Assembly (NCBI GenBank): GCA_938083505.1 | Contig: CALKCF010000004.1 | Coordinates: 93,630-157,629, forward strand | DNA: 64,000 nt | From: an uncultured archaeon | Lineage (GTDB): Archaea > Thermoproteota > Nitrososphaeria_A > Caldarchaeales > Wolframiiraptoraceae | Reading direction: 5' to 3' | Position numbers and translations under genes: made by a program | Notes under the pieces: model-generated | Database searches by the model: none | Told to the model about the DNA's origin: nothing | What the model saw: only the letters and a program-made list of their open reading frames with translations | Shown: positions 9,192-19,586 of the stretch, piece after piece | Layout: every line of letters begins with the position of its first letter | Position numbering within the stretch: position 1 is the stretch's first letter

Positions 9192-10142
9192 TAGTTCCAC
9201 GTCAGGTCTGGCTAAAAGCACCACTCTGCTATCAGAATCTTTAGTAATGAGCATGTAGCCTAAAAACTTCTTAAGCTCTTCAGCAAAAGCCGAGACTTCT
9301 TCCATGCTCGGCATAACTTCCTTCGGTAGCCTCTTTTGTGATTCACCTACATGCATGTACGCCTTACATTCAACAAATTCAGGCATAGCGAGCTTTATTA
9401 AATCAGAGTACTTTTCGGCGTCTTTCATTGTATAGTTCTTCACCAATGTTAGCCTTACAACCTTTCTACAGTTGAGTGAGTTGATGATCTCCAGACTTTT
9501 TATAACTCTCTGCCAACTATCCATTATAAGCGGTCTTGTAACCCGTTTGTGCACCTCCTCATCAGGCCCGTATAAGCTTATGTACAGGTTTGTAGGTAAA
9601 ACCTCAAGCTCTCTGAGCACATCGGGCATCGTACCATTCGTAACAAGGAATGTTGTCATACCTCTTAGCTTGGCCTCCTTTATCAGGTCGGAAAGGTAAG
9701 GATAGAGTGTTGGTTCACCATCTAGCGATATGGCTATGTGCTTTGGGTCAATAGCCTCGTTAAACCTTTGAATAGTAACCTTGGGATTGCCCTTGAAGCC
9801 CGAAAGAAGCTCTTGCTGTGCTGCTATGCAACCATCGAGTATGACCTTAGGCTCGTCCCAATCTCCGCCATATGGACTAATCCTGTTTATGCTATGAAAG
9901 CGCCAGCAGAATGTGCACATCATGTTGCAATACTGAAGTGTTGGTGTCATCTGAATGCATCTGTGGCTCCTTATGCCGTACCACCTCTTATAGCAGAACT
10001 TACCACCTTTCAGTGCCGTTTTTGTCCAATGGCAGACCTTAACGGCAGAATGTCTGCCTACTATTCTATACCCTGCCTTCTTAAATTTCTCCAATGCTTT
10101 AGGCTCATCCCTGGAGGGTCTATACACTGGGACGGTTGACAT
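9171..10142 (-). CDS. taw1: 4-demethylwyosine synthase (radical SAM)
   Basis: HSAVKVCHW, CYKRWYGIRSHRCIQMTP, CNMMCTFCWR, SLDGEPTLY. Confidence 0.95.
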   Translation of the reverse strand: MSTVPVYRPSRDEPKALEKFKKAGYRIVGRHSAVKVCHWTKTALKGGKFCYKRWYGIRSHRCIQMTPTLQYCNMMCTFCWRFHSINRISPYGGDWDEPKVILDGCIAAQQELLSGFKGNPKVTIQRFNEAIDPKHIAISLDGEPTLYPYLSDLIKEAKLRGMTTFLVTNGTMPDVLRELEVLPTNLYISLYGPDEEVHKRVTRPLIMDSWQRVIKSLEIINSLNCRKVVRLTLVKNYTMKDAEKYSDLIKLAMPEFVECKAYMHVGESQKRLPKEVMPSMEEVSAFAEELKKFLGYMLITKDSDSRVVLLARPDVELSKIVSF

Positions 10143-10225
10143 CCGGATTTAACTGTAAGCTCGGCAACATATATGTTTAACATAATATAACATAAATAAC
10201 AATGGAAGGTTAAGGTGTATGGAGT

Positions 10226-11336
10226 GTGAAGATAACTGACGTTAGAGTTGTGTCACTGTACTCACCTCTTAATGAACCTATGAAGTTATCCATCGGTACG
10301 CTTGAAAAGAGGCCTTTTGCTCTTATCGAAGTTCATACAGATGAAGGTATAATAGGCCTCGGAGAGACTTTTGTTAACTTTCCACCATGGTCGGTCGAGG
10401 AAAGAAGAACAACTCTCAAGAATGTAAAAACTGCTTTTAGGTGAAGATCCTACAAATATCGAGGCTATATGGAAAAAGATGTACACATCGCTAGTAAAGA
10501 TGGGACTTCAATGTGGTTGTAAGGGCGCTATGCTCCAAGTGATTAGCGGAATAGACATAGCCCTTTGGGACATACTCGGAAAAGTAAAGAACCAACCTAT
10601 ATGCAAACTCATATCCAATAATCCAAAGCAGAAATTAAGACTTTATGCAACAGGACTCAGCGCTAGCGACCCAGTTGGGCATGCAAGGAGTTTAGTATCA
10701 GAAGGATACGACACCTTAAAGCTTAGGATAGGATTTGATCCTGAGAAGGATGTCGAGCTCGTGAAAAGTGTAAGGAAGGCTGTAGGCAAAGATGTCAGGC
10801 TAATCGCGGACGCGAACATGGCTTGGGACTATAAAAAGGCATTAGAGATAGCAAGGAGGTTAGAAAAGTACGAACTCTTCTGGCTTGAGGAACCTATCAT
10901 ATGTGACGACCTAGATGGCATGTCAAGACTTGCAGCGGAACTTGAGACTTGGATCGATGCAGGAGAGAATGTATATGGTTTGGCTGAGTTTGAAAGGATG
11001 ATAAATAAGAGGGCCGCCGATGTTCTCATGCCTGACGTCAGCAAGACTGGTGGTATAACCGAAGGTATTAAGATAGCCAATTTAATAAATTCGAACGGCC
11101 TACCTTTCTCGCCACACTTTTACGGCTCTGAAGTTGGCTTTGTGACGACCTTACATTTTGTTGCGGCAACCGAAGGGTGTTTGATAGTTCAAAGAGATAT
11201 ATCAGATGTACCCCTCTTCAAGGATATGCTAAAAGAGCCAGTAAAGATAGATGATGGGTATGCGGAGGTGCCCAAAGCTCCCGGCCTAGGAATAGAGCTA
11301 AACTGGGAGAGGTTAGAAATATACCGCAAAAGTTAG
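10226..11336 (+). pseudogene. Mandelate racemase/muconate lactonizing enzyme family, frameshifted near 10428
   Basis: N-terminal ORF (GIIGLGE) and C-terminal ORF (SGIDIALWDI, DAN, WLEEP, GEN, PGLGIE) join across an A run via LLLGEDP. Confidence 0.8.
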
Positions 11337-11382
11337 TATCAAACAACAGTTCCAAACTAATAGAAGAAGGTGAATTTATTAA

Positions 11383-12168
11383 TTACTGAAAAATTTCCAT
11401 GAGTTCTTTCAGTAGTTTATCATTAGCAGCAGCAACGTAGCTTATGTCTCCTTTATAGAGTAGGTCTAAGTTTTTCAACGACCCATCCAAACTCTCCACA
11501 ACACCGCCTGCCTGCATCACTATATACGCCGCAGCTGCCATATCAACGACCCTCACACCCTCCAGAGCAAGGAAGCAATCTAACCTTCCGCAACTTACGT
11601 ATGCGGTCTCAAGGGCTGCGGAACCCATGGACCTCGTATAACGAGCCCTTGAGATCACGTGTTCAGCAAACATCGATAGCTTTTCATTATGCTTGAAAAC
11701 CTTTAGGTCTAATGAAACTATGGCTTCATTCAATGAAGTTGTGTTTGACGGTCTGACCAGCTTATCGTTTATATATGCACCTCTTTTGTCTGCTATGATA
11801 ACCTCGCCGTTAACTAAGTTGATTATGCCGGCAGCGATTATGTCCGAAAACTTCTTTCCCTTAGAGATTGCTATGGCCGCGGAGTAAAAAGGCAAGTCTT
11901 GCTTCAGGTTTACTGTTCCATCCACTGGGTCCACGATAGCTAAGTACTCAGAATTGTCCACGTCGCCGAGGAGTCCTGTTTCCTCACTAATTATTGAGAT
12001 GTTTTGTATAGCGCTCTTTAACACATCGATTATAGCTTTTTCAGAGGCGACATCCGCCACAGTAGATATATCACCGAAAGCACCAGCGTTTAGCTCACGT
12101 CCTTTGTCTTCTAGGTTATTTACTGTTACCCTTGCCGCCTCTAGTGCTTTTTTTATTATTAACTCCAA
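11383..12168 (-). CDS. Inositol monophosphatase / fructose-1,6-bisphosphatase family
   Basis: SEE, DPVDGTVN, RSMGSAAL, VDMAAA motifs. Confidence 0.9.
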   Translation of the reverse strand: MELIIKKALEAARVTVNNLEDKGRELNAGAFGDISTVADVASEKAIIDVLKSAIQNISIISEETGLLGDVDNSEYLAIVDPVDGTVNLKQDLPFYSAAIAISKGKKFSDIIAAGIINLVNGEVIIADKRGAYINDKLVRPSNTTSLNEAIVSLDLKVFKHNEKLSMFAEHVISRARYTRSMGSAALETAYVSCGRLDCFLALEGVRVVDMAAAAYIVMQAGGVVESLDGSLKNLDLLYKGDISYVAAANDKLLKELMEIFQ

Positions 12169-12182
12169 GTTAGGTCTTTTTC

Positions 12183-13190
12183 CTAAATCACTTTGACTTT
12201 ATCGAGAGGTCTGATTTTCATAACTTCTGTGTTGAACAGTGAGAGCGGGGGCTCACCTTTCAGGACCTTAACGACATTCAACGCACCCGTCTCTGCCATC
12301 GCATACCTTGCTTCATACGAAGCATTACCTATGTGGGGCGTTAAGACCACGTTTGGAAGTGTCAGTAATGGACTATCCATGGGTAGCGGTTCGACCTCGA
12401 AGACGTCAAGCCCTGCCCCAGCTATCCAGCCTTCTTTTAAAGCCTTTATCAATGCTTTCTCGTCCACAACAGGCCCTCTTGAAGTATTTATTAGGAATGC
12501 TGTCTTTTTCATCATCTTAAGCCTTTCTTCATTTATCAGATGGTATGTATCTTTGGATAGAAATACATGTATGGAAACAAAATCTGACGTTTTTAGAAGC
12601 TCCTCAAGGTTAACAAACCTTATTCCGAGCTCCTCCTCAGCCTTCTGATTCCTTATAATGTCGTAGTAGATTAGGTTCATGCCGAACGCCTTTGCTCTTA
12701 CGGCCGTCGCATAACCTATCTTACCAAGTCCAATTATGCCCAATGTTTTATCCTTAAGTTCTGTTCCCAACATCATGAAGGGTGTCCATGCAATTTTCCA
12801 CTTTCCCTCTCTTATGTATCTGTCACCTTCAACTATTCTCCTAGCAACTGCAAGCATAAGACCTATGGCCACTTCAGATACGGGCTCAGATGCTGCTGGA
12901 GAATTTGTAACATATATTCCCTTAGACGTAGCGTAAGCTACGTCTATATGATCAACACCTGCTGTAATTGTGCCTATAATTCTGAGGTCTGGTGCAGCAT
13001 CTATCACCTCTTTATCTACTTTAGCTGTTAGGTGACAGAGTATGGCTTGGACATCTTTTACACTTTTAACGAACTCATCATGCGGTATCGGCTCATCCTT
13101 TTCTCTGTAGATCACTTCGCACTCTTTTTTCAGAACTTCTATACCTGACTCCGGTATCCTGTTGGTTACGAATACTTTAGGTTTCATCAT
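12183..13190 (-). CDS. gyaR: Glyoxylate reductase (D-2-hydroxyacid dehydrogenase)
   Basis: GIIGLGKIG, INTSRGPVVD, GLDVFEVEP, TPHIG. Confidence 0.85.
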   Translation of the reverse strand: MMKPKVFVTNRIPESGIEVLKKECEVIYREKDEPIPHDEFVKSVKDVQAILCHLTAKVDKEVIDAAPDLRIIGTITAGVDHIDVAYATSKGIYVTNSPAASEPVSEVAIGLMLAVARRIVEGDRYIREGKWKIAWTPFMMLGTELKDKTLGIIGLGKIGYATAVRAKAFGMNLIYYDIIRNQKAEEELGIRFVNLEELLKTSDFVSIHVFLSKDTYHLINEERLKMMKKTAFLINTSRGPVVDEKALIKALKEGWIAGAGLDVFEVEPLPMDSPLLTLPNVVLTPHIGNASYEARYAMAETGALNVVKVLKGEPPLSLFNTEVMKIRPLDKVKVI

Positions 13191-13224
13191 AGTTTATTTC
13201 AAAATTTTTAGTTAAATATAAATT

Positions 13225-13491
13225 TCACCTTCGCTTCTGTTTTAAGATCTTTTCTACAGTTTTCGAAAGTTCTGGCCATTTTTTTCTGACTTCCGCCTCA
13301 ATTATTTTAGCTATTTCGTCGCTTATGCTGTAGCGTGGTAGTAAGCTTTTCCTGTAGTTGAATATTGCCGCCGAGAGCGGAGAGTAGAAGGTAAGCCTTG
13401 GTTGTTTTACGGCTAGCTTTATTGCCTCTGTTAAGAATTTCTTGTTTATCTTCTCCTGTTTTTTGTTTGAAGGGGTTTGTTTTATTTTCAT
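13225..13491 (-). CDS. SegB-like ribbon-helix-helix DNA-binding protein
   Basis: Basic 88-aa protein; pattern KxP..S..Y..P..S..E..P.L..EKI.K matches my recollection of Saccharolobus SegB (SSO0035). Confidence 0.65.
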   Translation of the reverse strand: MKIKQTPSNKKQEKINKKFLTEAIKLAVKQPRLTFYSPLSAAIFNYRKSLLPRYSISDEIAKIIEAEVRKKWPELSKTVEKILKQKRR

Positions 13492-13521
13492 ACTTTCATC
13501 GACTTTTGAAAATTTATGAAA

Positions 13522-13850
13522 GTTATAAGGTTTACCTTTTATGTTTTAAGGTAAACCTAACAATTCGATAACTATTGCAATTCGATCGTGAACGAATAAG
13601 GTGAAGCAGTTTAATTCAATATAAAATGAATTAATACTCTACCAAACACCTGAGAGGTTATAAAGCCCCCTCGAAAAACCCTATTTTTCGCGTTTTCGGC
13701 AGGATTTCTCATAAGAATCGGTTGGGGAATCGTGTATTTGTAAAAATAAGTCATTATTCAATGACTTAGCGTGGAAGAGGTTTTGTTCTTATTACTTGAT
13801 GAATTTTCATCAAAGGTTTACCTAAAAAGGTAGAAGGTTTACCTTATAAC
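13522..13850. repeat. 37-bp imperfect inverted arms (13522-13558 and 13814-13850), each with two AGGTWWACCT palindromic boxes 21 bp apart
   Basis: Boxes at 13528, 13549, 13814 and 13835; arms are 31/37 identical as reverse complements; AT-rich interior. Confidence 0.85.
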
Positions 13851-15119
13851 AATTTCGCGCCGTTCAGCACCTATTGATACATACTTGATAGGACAAACCA
13901 AAAGCTTTTCCAGAAATTCAATGTAGTCCCTCAATTGCTTTGGAAGAGCATCGAAATTTCCCTTCAGCGCTTCGACCTTTTCCTTTTCCGAAAGTTCCCT
14001 CCACCCCTCCAGCTCGACATACACGGGTTTACACTTTTCCAGAACATGGAGCGAGCTGGGGAAGGTTTTAACCTCTTGACCGTTAACCTCATAAGCCAAG
14101 CAAACCTTGACTGGGTCTATATTCGTAAGACAGTCTACTTTCGTCACAGCCACCGATGTAACACCGTTTAGCATTATTGAATACCTTACGGCTACTGCAT
14201 CGAACCAGCCAACCCTTCTGGGCCTACCGGTTGTTGTTCCGTACTCTTTCCCTTTCTCTCTTACTATCGAAGCTACGGGCTCTTCCATCTCTGTCGGAAA
14301 CGGACCTTTACCGACTCTTGTTGTGTATGCTTTAGTAACGCCTATGATCTCGTCAACCCTTTTTGGACCTATGCCCACGCTATTACATGCAGCTCCTGCT
14401 GTTGTGTTTGAAGATGTAACGAAAGGATAGGTTCCGTGATCTATGTCCAATAGCGTTCCTTGGGCTCCTTCTAGTATGACAAAACCTCCCTTGTCTAGCG
14501 TCTCATTTACGAGGCGTGCCACGTCCCCAACATATTTTCCTAACTTTGAGGCAACCTCGTGGAGAAACTGGGTCACATGTTCAACGTCCAGCTCTACCTT
14601 TATATTGTAGACATCTGATAAGAGGGCTTTTGTCATGGTTATGCTTTTCTCAAGTCTGGACCTTATGGACTCTATCTCTACCAAATCAGAGAACCTTATG
14701 CCAACCCTTGCAGACTTATAGGTATAGGTTGGACCTATGCCCATTCTAGTCGTTCCAACACCCTTACCGGACGACTCTTCAGCCTCATCCAGCATCTTGT
14801 GTATGTCCAACACTATATGCGCTTTGCCGTCTATTGTTAGCTTCGGTTGTATACCTTCTCTGTTCAATGATTCCAGTTCCTTGAGGAGCTTTACAGGATC
14901 TATTACCATGCCCGAGGCAAGGCAGACGTGCTTACCCCTAAGTGCTGCAACAGGTAGATGATGAAATCTGTAAATCTTCCCATTAAGGACGACTGTATGG
15001 CCCGCGTTAGCACCGCCTTGGTATCTCACCGCCAAATCTGCGTTTTCTGATATAAAGTCCACGATCTTGCCTTTACCCTCATCGCCCCATTGGAGACCGA
15101 CGATTACTACGGCTGGCAT
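13839..15119 (-). CDS. purA: Adenylosuccinate synthetase
   Basis: QWGDEGKGK, GGANAGHT, EGAQG, TTTGRPRR. Confidence 0.98.
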   Translation of the reverse strand: MPAVVIVGLQWGDEGKGKIVDFISENADLAVRYQGGANAGHTVVLNGKIYRFHHLPVAALRGKHVCLASGMVIDPVKLLKELESLNREGIQPKLTIDGKAHIVLDIHKMLDEAEESSGKGVGTTRMGIGPTYTYKSARVGIRFSDLVEIESIRSRLEKSITMTKALLSDVYNIKVELDVEHVTQFLHEVASKLGKYVGDVARLVNETLDKGGFVILEGAQGTLLDIDHGTYPFVTSSNTTAGAACNSVGIGPKRVDEIIGVTKAYTTRVGKGPFPTEMEEPVASIVREKGKEYGTTTGRPRRVGWFDAVAVRYSIMLNGVTSVAVTKVDCLTNIDPVKVCLAYEVNGQEVKTFPSSLHVLEKCKPVYVELEGWRELSEKEKVEALKGNFDALPKQLRDYIEFLEKLLVCPIKYVSIGAERREIVIR

Positions 15120-15122
15120 CGC

Positions 15123-16577
15123 TCACTCTATTACCTCAACGTCATGAGGATAGCTTTCTTTTATACCGGCTTCAGATAGGCTGATAAACTTAGCATTATT
15201 CCAGAGTTCTCTTATGTTCCTTGCACCACAGTAACTCATGCCAGCTCTTAGAGCTGCTACAAGCTGGTTAAGGAGCTCTGAGGCCCTCCCCCTATAGGGT
15301 ACGTATGCCTCCACACCCTCAGATGTGTATGCATAATCTACTATAGAGTCCAAATCTATCTGCTTGTCTTCTTTGAAGTCTCTAGCTAGCATGGCATAGA
15401 ATGATGCCATGCCCCTATAGACCTTATACTTCTTGCCACCCCTAGATATCGTTGCACCAGGACTCTCATCCGTACCAGCAAGGAGGCTGCCTATCATCAC
15501 TGTTGATGCGCCTGCGGCAATCGCTTTGACAAGGTCACCGCTGTTACGTATACCGCCATCAGCTATTATAGGCACACCCCACTCGATAGATTTCTCGGCG
15601 CAGCTGAGTATTGCAGTAAGCTGCGGTACACCGACGCCGGTTACGATTCTCGTAGTGCACACAGTCCCAGGTCCTATCCCAACCTTGACAGCGTCGGCAC
15701 CAGCGGAAGCAAGGTCCTCAAAACCTTCAGGTGTAGCTACATTACCGGCAACCACTTGAATGTCACCGAAGGTTTCTTTAAGTTTCCTAACAGCCCTTAT
15801 GACTTCGTCTGTGTGACCGTGGGCAACATCGATGACTAAGGCATCTGCACTGGCATCCAGTAATACTTTTGCCCTCTCCAGGTAGCCTTCCCTTATTCCT
15901 ATTGCGGCGGCGACCAAAAGCCTACCCTTTTGATCTCTCGCGGCATTCGGATACATGCTCTTGATCATGATGTCTTTTGCTGTTACGAGACCGACTACTT
16001 TGTCCTCTTCATCAACAAGCGGTAACTTCTCAACTTTGTACTTCTTGAATATCTCTTTTGCCTCCTCTAGCGTTATCTTTCGGGTAGATACCACGAGTCT
16101 TTCTCTGGGCGTCATAACGTCTATTATAGGTTTTTCATAATTCTCCTCAAAGAGTATGTCGCGCTTCGTAACTAGGCCTTTGAGCTTGCCATCCTCTTCA
16201 ACAACCAAAAGCCCTCCTACGCCGTAGTTTTCCATGAGTTCCTTCGCTTTTCCGACTGTGCTTTTAAAGGGCAGCGTGTATGGTTTCTCTATTATGATAT
16301 TTTCGGCCCTCTTAACGCGCTGAACCTCTTGGGCTTGACGCTCGATGGACATGAATCTATGGATAACACCTATGCCTCCATGTCTTGCCATCGTAATTGC
16401 CATCTCAGATTCCGTAACGGTGTCCATCGCTGAAGAGACTATTGGTATATTCAGCCGTATCTTCTTCGTGAAGAAAGTTTCTATCGAAACCTCTTTTCTT
16501 GAATGTAGAGGGAATCTACGGGGCACGAGAAGGACGTCGTCGAAGGTTAAACCTCTCTCTATTTCCTTTACGACCAC
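15123..16577 (-). CDS. guaB: IMP dehydrogenase with CBS pair
   Basis: [30 protein letters not shown]. Confidence 0.98.
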   Translation of the reverse strand: MVVKEIERGLTFDDVLLVPRRFPLHSRKEVSIETFFTKKIRLNIPIVSSAMDTVTESEMAITMARHGGIGVIHRFMSIERQAQEVQRVKRAENIIIEKPYTLPFKSTVGKAKELMENYGVGGLLVVEEDGKLKGLVTKRDILFEENYEKPIIDVMTPRERLVVSTRKITLEEAKEIFKKYKVEKLPLVDEEDKVVGLVTAKDIMIKSMYPNAARDQKGRLLVAAAIGIREGYLERAKVLLDASADALVIDVAHGHTDEVIRAVRKLKETFGDIQVVAGNVATPEGFEDLASAGADAVKVGIGPGTVCTTRIVTGVGVPQLTAILSCAEKSIEWGVPIIADGGIRNSGDLVKAIAAGASTVMIGSLLAGTDESPGATISRGGKKYKVYRGMASFYAMLARDFKEDKQIDLDSIVDYAYTSEGVEAYVPYRGRASELLNQLVAALRAGMSYCGARNIRELWNNAKFISLSEAGIKESYPHDVEVIE

Positions 16578-16622
16578 TTAATCCCTTAGCCCACTGATTA
16601 TGTGGCTAAATTTAAAGATTAA

Positions 16623-17642
16623 CTAGGTCACGAGTTTCTCTAAGTCGGAAGTTTCATATGCGAGCCTTATCTCCCTAGCTATTCTTCTACCCATGCTCAT
16701 TTCCTCACCATATATTAAGTAGGAGTATGGCGAGCCGCTTATGAAGAGGTTTGTGCCAGCAACTATCCTAGCCGAGAACTCAAAAACAACCACATCATCT
16801 GGTGTTCTACAAGCAGCCTCTATACAAAAAGGTCCTATTATGCCAGGCGGCACGAGCCTTTTCGTAGCCTCAACAAACCTCTCAGCTATATCGAAAAATT
16901 TTTCCAAAATGGATTCCCTTAGGACCAGAGGTATGTTGCCCACGACTTCGTAAGTTGGTTGCATGTCAAGATTCAGTTGGTCTGATGCCGGTATCCTTCC
17001 TAAAGAATCGACATTTGTTTCATACCTCCTGTCAACACCAAGCAACTCCACCTCTTCTTTAAGGGGTGAATAGAAAAAGTGAGGATATACCGTTACGCCT
17101 ATTACGTACTCCTGTATGTAAAACTCACAGTTCGTTTTTACGCTCATTTTCGTCAGTTTTTTTATCAAATCCTCTCTTCCGCTTGCTAAGAAGTAACCCT
17201 TGCCTCCTTCTGCGCCTGGCAGCTTGACTATAACAGGGCAATCCACTTCATCTGGTGAGCTAAAACTCCTCGGCACCTTTATACCTGCCTCTTTAAGTAA
17301 CCTTTCTTTAAGTTCTCTGTCCGATTCCCAGAGTAGGAGTTCCCTGTTCCCAAAAATGGGGACCTTGAAATCCCTAATGAACTTACTAATATTAACATCC
17401 GATATTATCGTTCCATGGGGTACGAGTATACTGCCCATGTTCATTAAGGTCTTTTGTATATGTCCTCTTATCAGATCTTCCACATTGTCTACTAAGAGTA
17501 GCTCATCCGCTAACCTGAACCTCTCGTAGAATTTACGGCGACTCCTAGGGCATAGAAGTACTGTTTTAAGCCCCTCATCTTTAGCACCTTTTAGTATTTG
17601 AAGGGCTGAGTGTGAGCCATAGGTAGTGACGGATATGTTCAT
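16623..17642 (-). CDS. purP: PurP-family FAICAR synthetase (ATP-grasp)
   Basis: GSHSALQI, DRRYETNVD, IGPFCIE, FEFSARIVAGTN. Confidence 0.9.
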   Translation of the reverse strand: MNISVTTYGSHSALQILKGAKDEGLKTVLLCPRSRRKFYERFRLADELLLVDNVEDLIRGHIQKTLMNMGSILVPHGTIISDVNISKFIRDFKVPIFGNRELLLWESDRELKERLLKEAGIKVPRSFSSPDEVDCPVIVKLPGAEGGKGYFLASGREDLIKKLTKMSVKTNCEFYIQEYVIGVTVYPHFFYSPLKEEVELLGVDRRYETNVDSLGRIPASDQLNLDMQPTYEVVGNIPLVLRESILEKFFDIAERFVEATKRLVPPGIIGPFCIEAACRTPDDVVVFEFSARIVAGTNLFISGSPYSYLIYGEEMSMGRRIAREIRLAYETSDLEKLVT

Positions 17643-18745
17643 GTAACCACCTCTTTTAACCTATTCTGTTCCATTGCCCTCTTGAGCTCCATCGCTATCC
17701 TCCTACCGACGCCTATAACAAAACCATGGTAGTATTTTGAATAAGGGCTAGTCGTGGTTAGCATAGGGCTTCCCGGAACCCTTAATGAAACGTCAAAAAC
17801 TACAAAATCTAAATCCTTATTTATTGCGCCCTGGAGGGCGAACGGTCCTATTATACCTGGCGGATATTCTTCCTTTACGGTCTCTACAAACCTTTCACCA
17901 ACTTCCAAGACTTTCTCCAACAACGACTCCCTCACGGATGCTGGCTGATGACCTACTTCTATGTTCTGGAGTAGGATGTTAATCTCCAGTTGGTCCTTAG
18001 CAGGAAGGTTGACAAAGTCGTAGAGATTTGTCTGAAGTCTTCTATCTATGCCAAGAAACTCAAGGTTACTATCGATGGGTGAATAGAAGTAATTGAAATT
18101 GAAGAATGTGCCTATAACAAGTTCTTCTATCACAGCCTTAGATAACTCCTCTTCGGATATTAGACCCGCCTCAATCCTTTCTCGAACCTTTTGCCTATAT
18201 TCCGAGGGTGAGGAAGCAATAAAAAAGGCTCTCTCCACCTTCCTCTTAGCTTCCTGTACCTTCACCATCACGGGCCTATCTATTTCGTCAGGTGAGCTGA
18301 ACCTCATGGGCGTCCTTATGCCAGCCTTTGAGAGGAGATAGTACTGATTCTTTTCTGCCCACCTTTCTTCTGCCTTCAATAGGGCCCTATTACCGAAGAT
18401 TGGTACTAAGAATACGTTCTCTATACCCTCATAGGGCACATAGGTCGTAAAAGACCTATTTGGAACGAATATAGAGTTTGATGCCCTTAGCTCATTTATT
18501 ATATCTTTTCTCAGAACTTCGCTAAATTTGTTAACTATGAGTATCCTGTCAACTATTCTCTTAAAGTGCACATAGGCCCTCATCCTGTCTTTTTGACAAA
18601 CAGCCATCGTCGAAAGCCCTTCGTCCTTTGCACCATCAAAGACTTCTAAGGCCGAGTGACTACCTATGCAGCTAACAGATAACGCTCTCGTATTATAACT
18701 CTCTATAAGCTCTGCTATCTGTGACCTCTCGATCAAACTCAGCAC
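17639..18745 (-). CDS. PurP-like paralog (ATP-grasp)
   Basis: GSHSALEV, ERAFF, DRRLQTN, IGPFALQ. Confidence 0.9.
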   Translation of the reverse strand: MLSLIERSQIAELIESYNTRALSVSCIGSHSALEVFDGAKDEGLSTMAVCQKDRMRAYVHFKRIVDRILIVNKFSEVLRKDIINELRASNSIFVPNRSFTTYVPYEGIENVFLVPIFGNRALLKAEERWAEKNQYYLLSKAGIRTPMRFSSPDEIDRPVMVKVQEAKRKVERAFFIASSPSEYRQKVRERIEAGLISEEELSKAVIEELVIGTFFNFNYFYSPIDSNLEFLGIDRRLQTNLYDFVNLPAKDQLEINILLQNIEVGHQPASVRESLLEKVLEVGERFVETVKEEYPPGIIGPFALQGAINKDLDFVVFDVSLRVPGSPMLTTTSPYSKYYHGFVIGVGRRIAMELKRAMEQNRLKEVVT

Positions 18746-18806
18746 CTACACAGGACCTCAGTATGTTGAAGATAAAAAATTTTTAAGGATTAAAAATAAA
18801 GAATTT

Positions 18807-19277
18807 TTAGACACCTTCCCGGACCACTTCAGTTCTGACCATGATGGACGATCTGTCAGCAAAGTGCTTTGTGTATCCCTTCGGGGCTAACCCTTTAACT
18901 ATATATTCAAAGGCTTTCTCAGGCTGACTTTCACGACCGCAGGTATAAACATCAACGGTTGCATAGTGGTAGGCGGGCCATGTATGTACTGCAACATGAC
19001 TTTCTGTAACCAGAGCTATTACCGATATACCGCCTTTTTTGCTAAAGAACTTCCAAGATTTAAGCTCAACTAAATGCATATTCGCTATCTTAACAGCATC
19101 CCTTACCAACTTTCTCAGATAGCCCTCATTAGCTATCAGACGAACGTCGCACTCATAGAGATTTCCATAAACGTGCTTGCCTACTATGTTATCCTCGCCT
19201 TCCTTGAATGTAGTCAACTTGTAGTTACTCAACATTTTTTGTCTATTTGCTCTACAAACTAAATTATAAATGTTCAC
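18807..19277 (-). CDS. Pyruvoyl-dependent SpeD-fold decarboxylase, probably arginine decarboxylase
   Basis: ESH self-cleavage motif, HTWP, DVYTCG; GKHVYGNLY and KKGG resemble the crenarchaeal ArgDC branch; true start probably downstream of 19277. Confidence 0.85.
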   Translation of the reverse strand: MNIYNLVCRANRQKMLSNYKLTTFKEGEDNIVGKHVYGNLYECDVRLIANEGYLRKLVRDAVKIANMHLVELKSWKFFSKKGGISVIALVTESHVAVHTWPAYHYATVDVYTCGRESQPEKAFEYIVKGLAPKGYTKHFADRSSIMVRTEVVREGV

Positions 19278-19586
19278 TCACACATAAGGTCAGAGCGCTA
19301 TTAACAACTCCTACTTACACACGTTAACTTTCAGATCGTAAACGATCGCGAGTTCTCATAAATTGCTAATTTGCTCGATATCATCATTCAAAAATGAAAC
19401 AAAATTTGCAAACTAACTGAACAACAAGGAAAACGAGCACACAATCCTGCCTGCCAACTCAGCATAGTTTGGCCATGAATGATCTGAAATCACTCACTAA
19501 CATCAGCGACTAACCAACTCATGGGAGTCTCCTCTTACGATAAAGTTTTTTAAATAGAAGTGCTCACCTAAAGTAGGTCATCCCTT

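Noticed and set aside
13492-13838. Canonical Orc1/Cdc6 origin or transposon (IS/MITE)
   Set aside because: No ORB consensus, cdc6 or transposase; no target-site duplication seen, and one arm overlaps the purA coding end
16623-18745. Tandem purP duplication as a novelty
   Set aside because: Paired PurP and PurP-like paralogs are common in archaea
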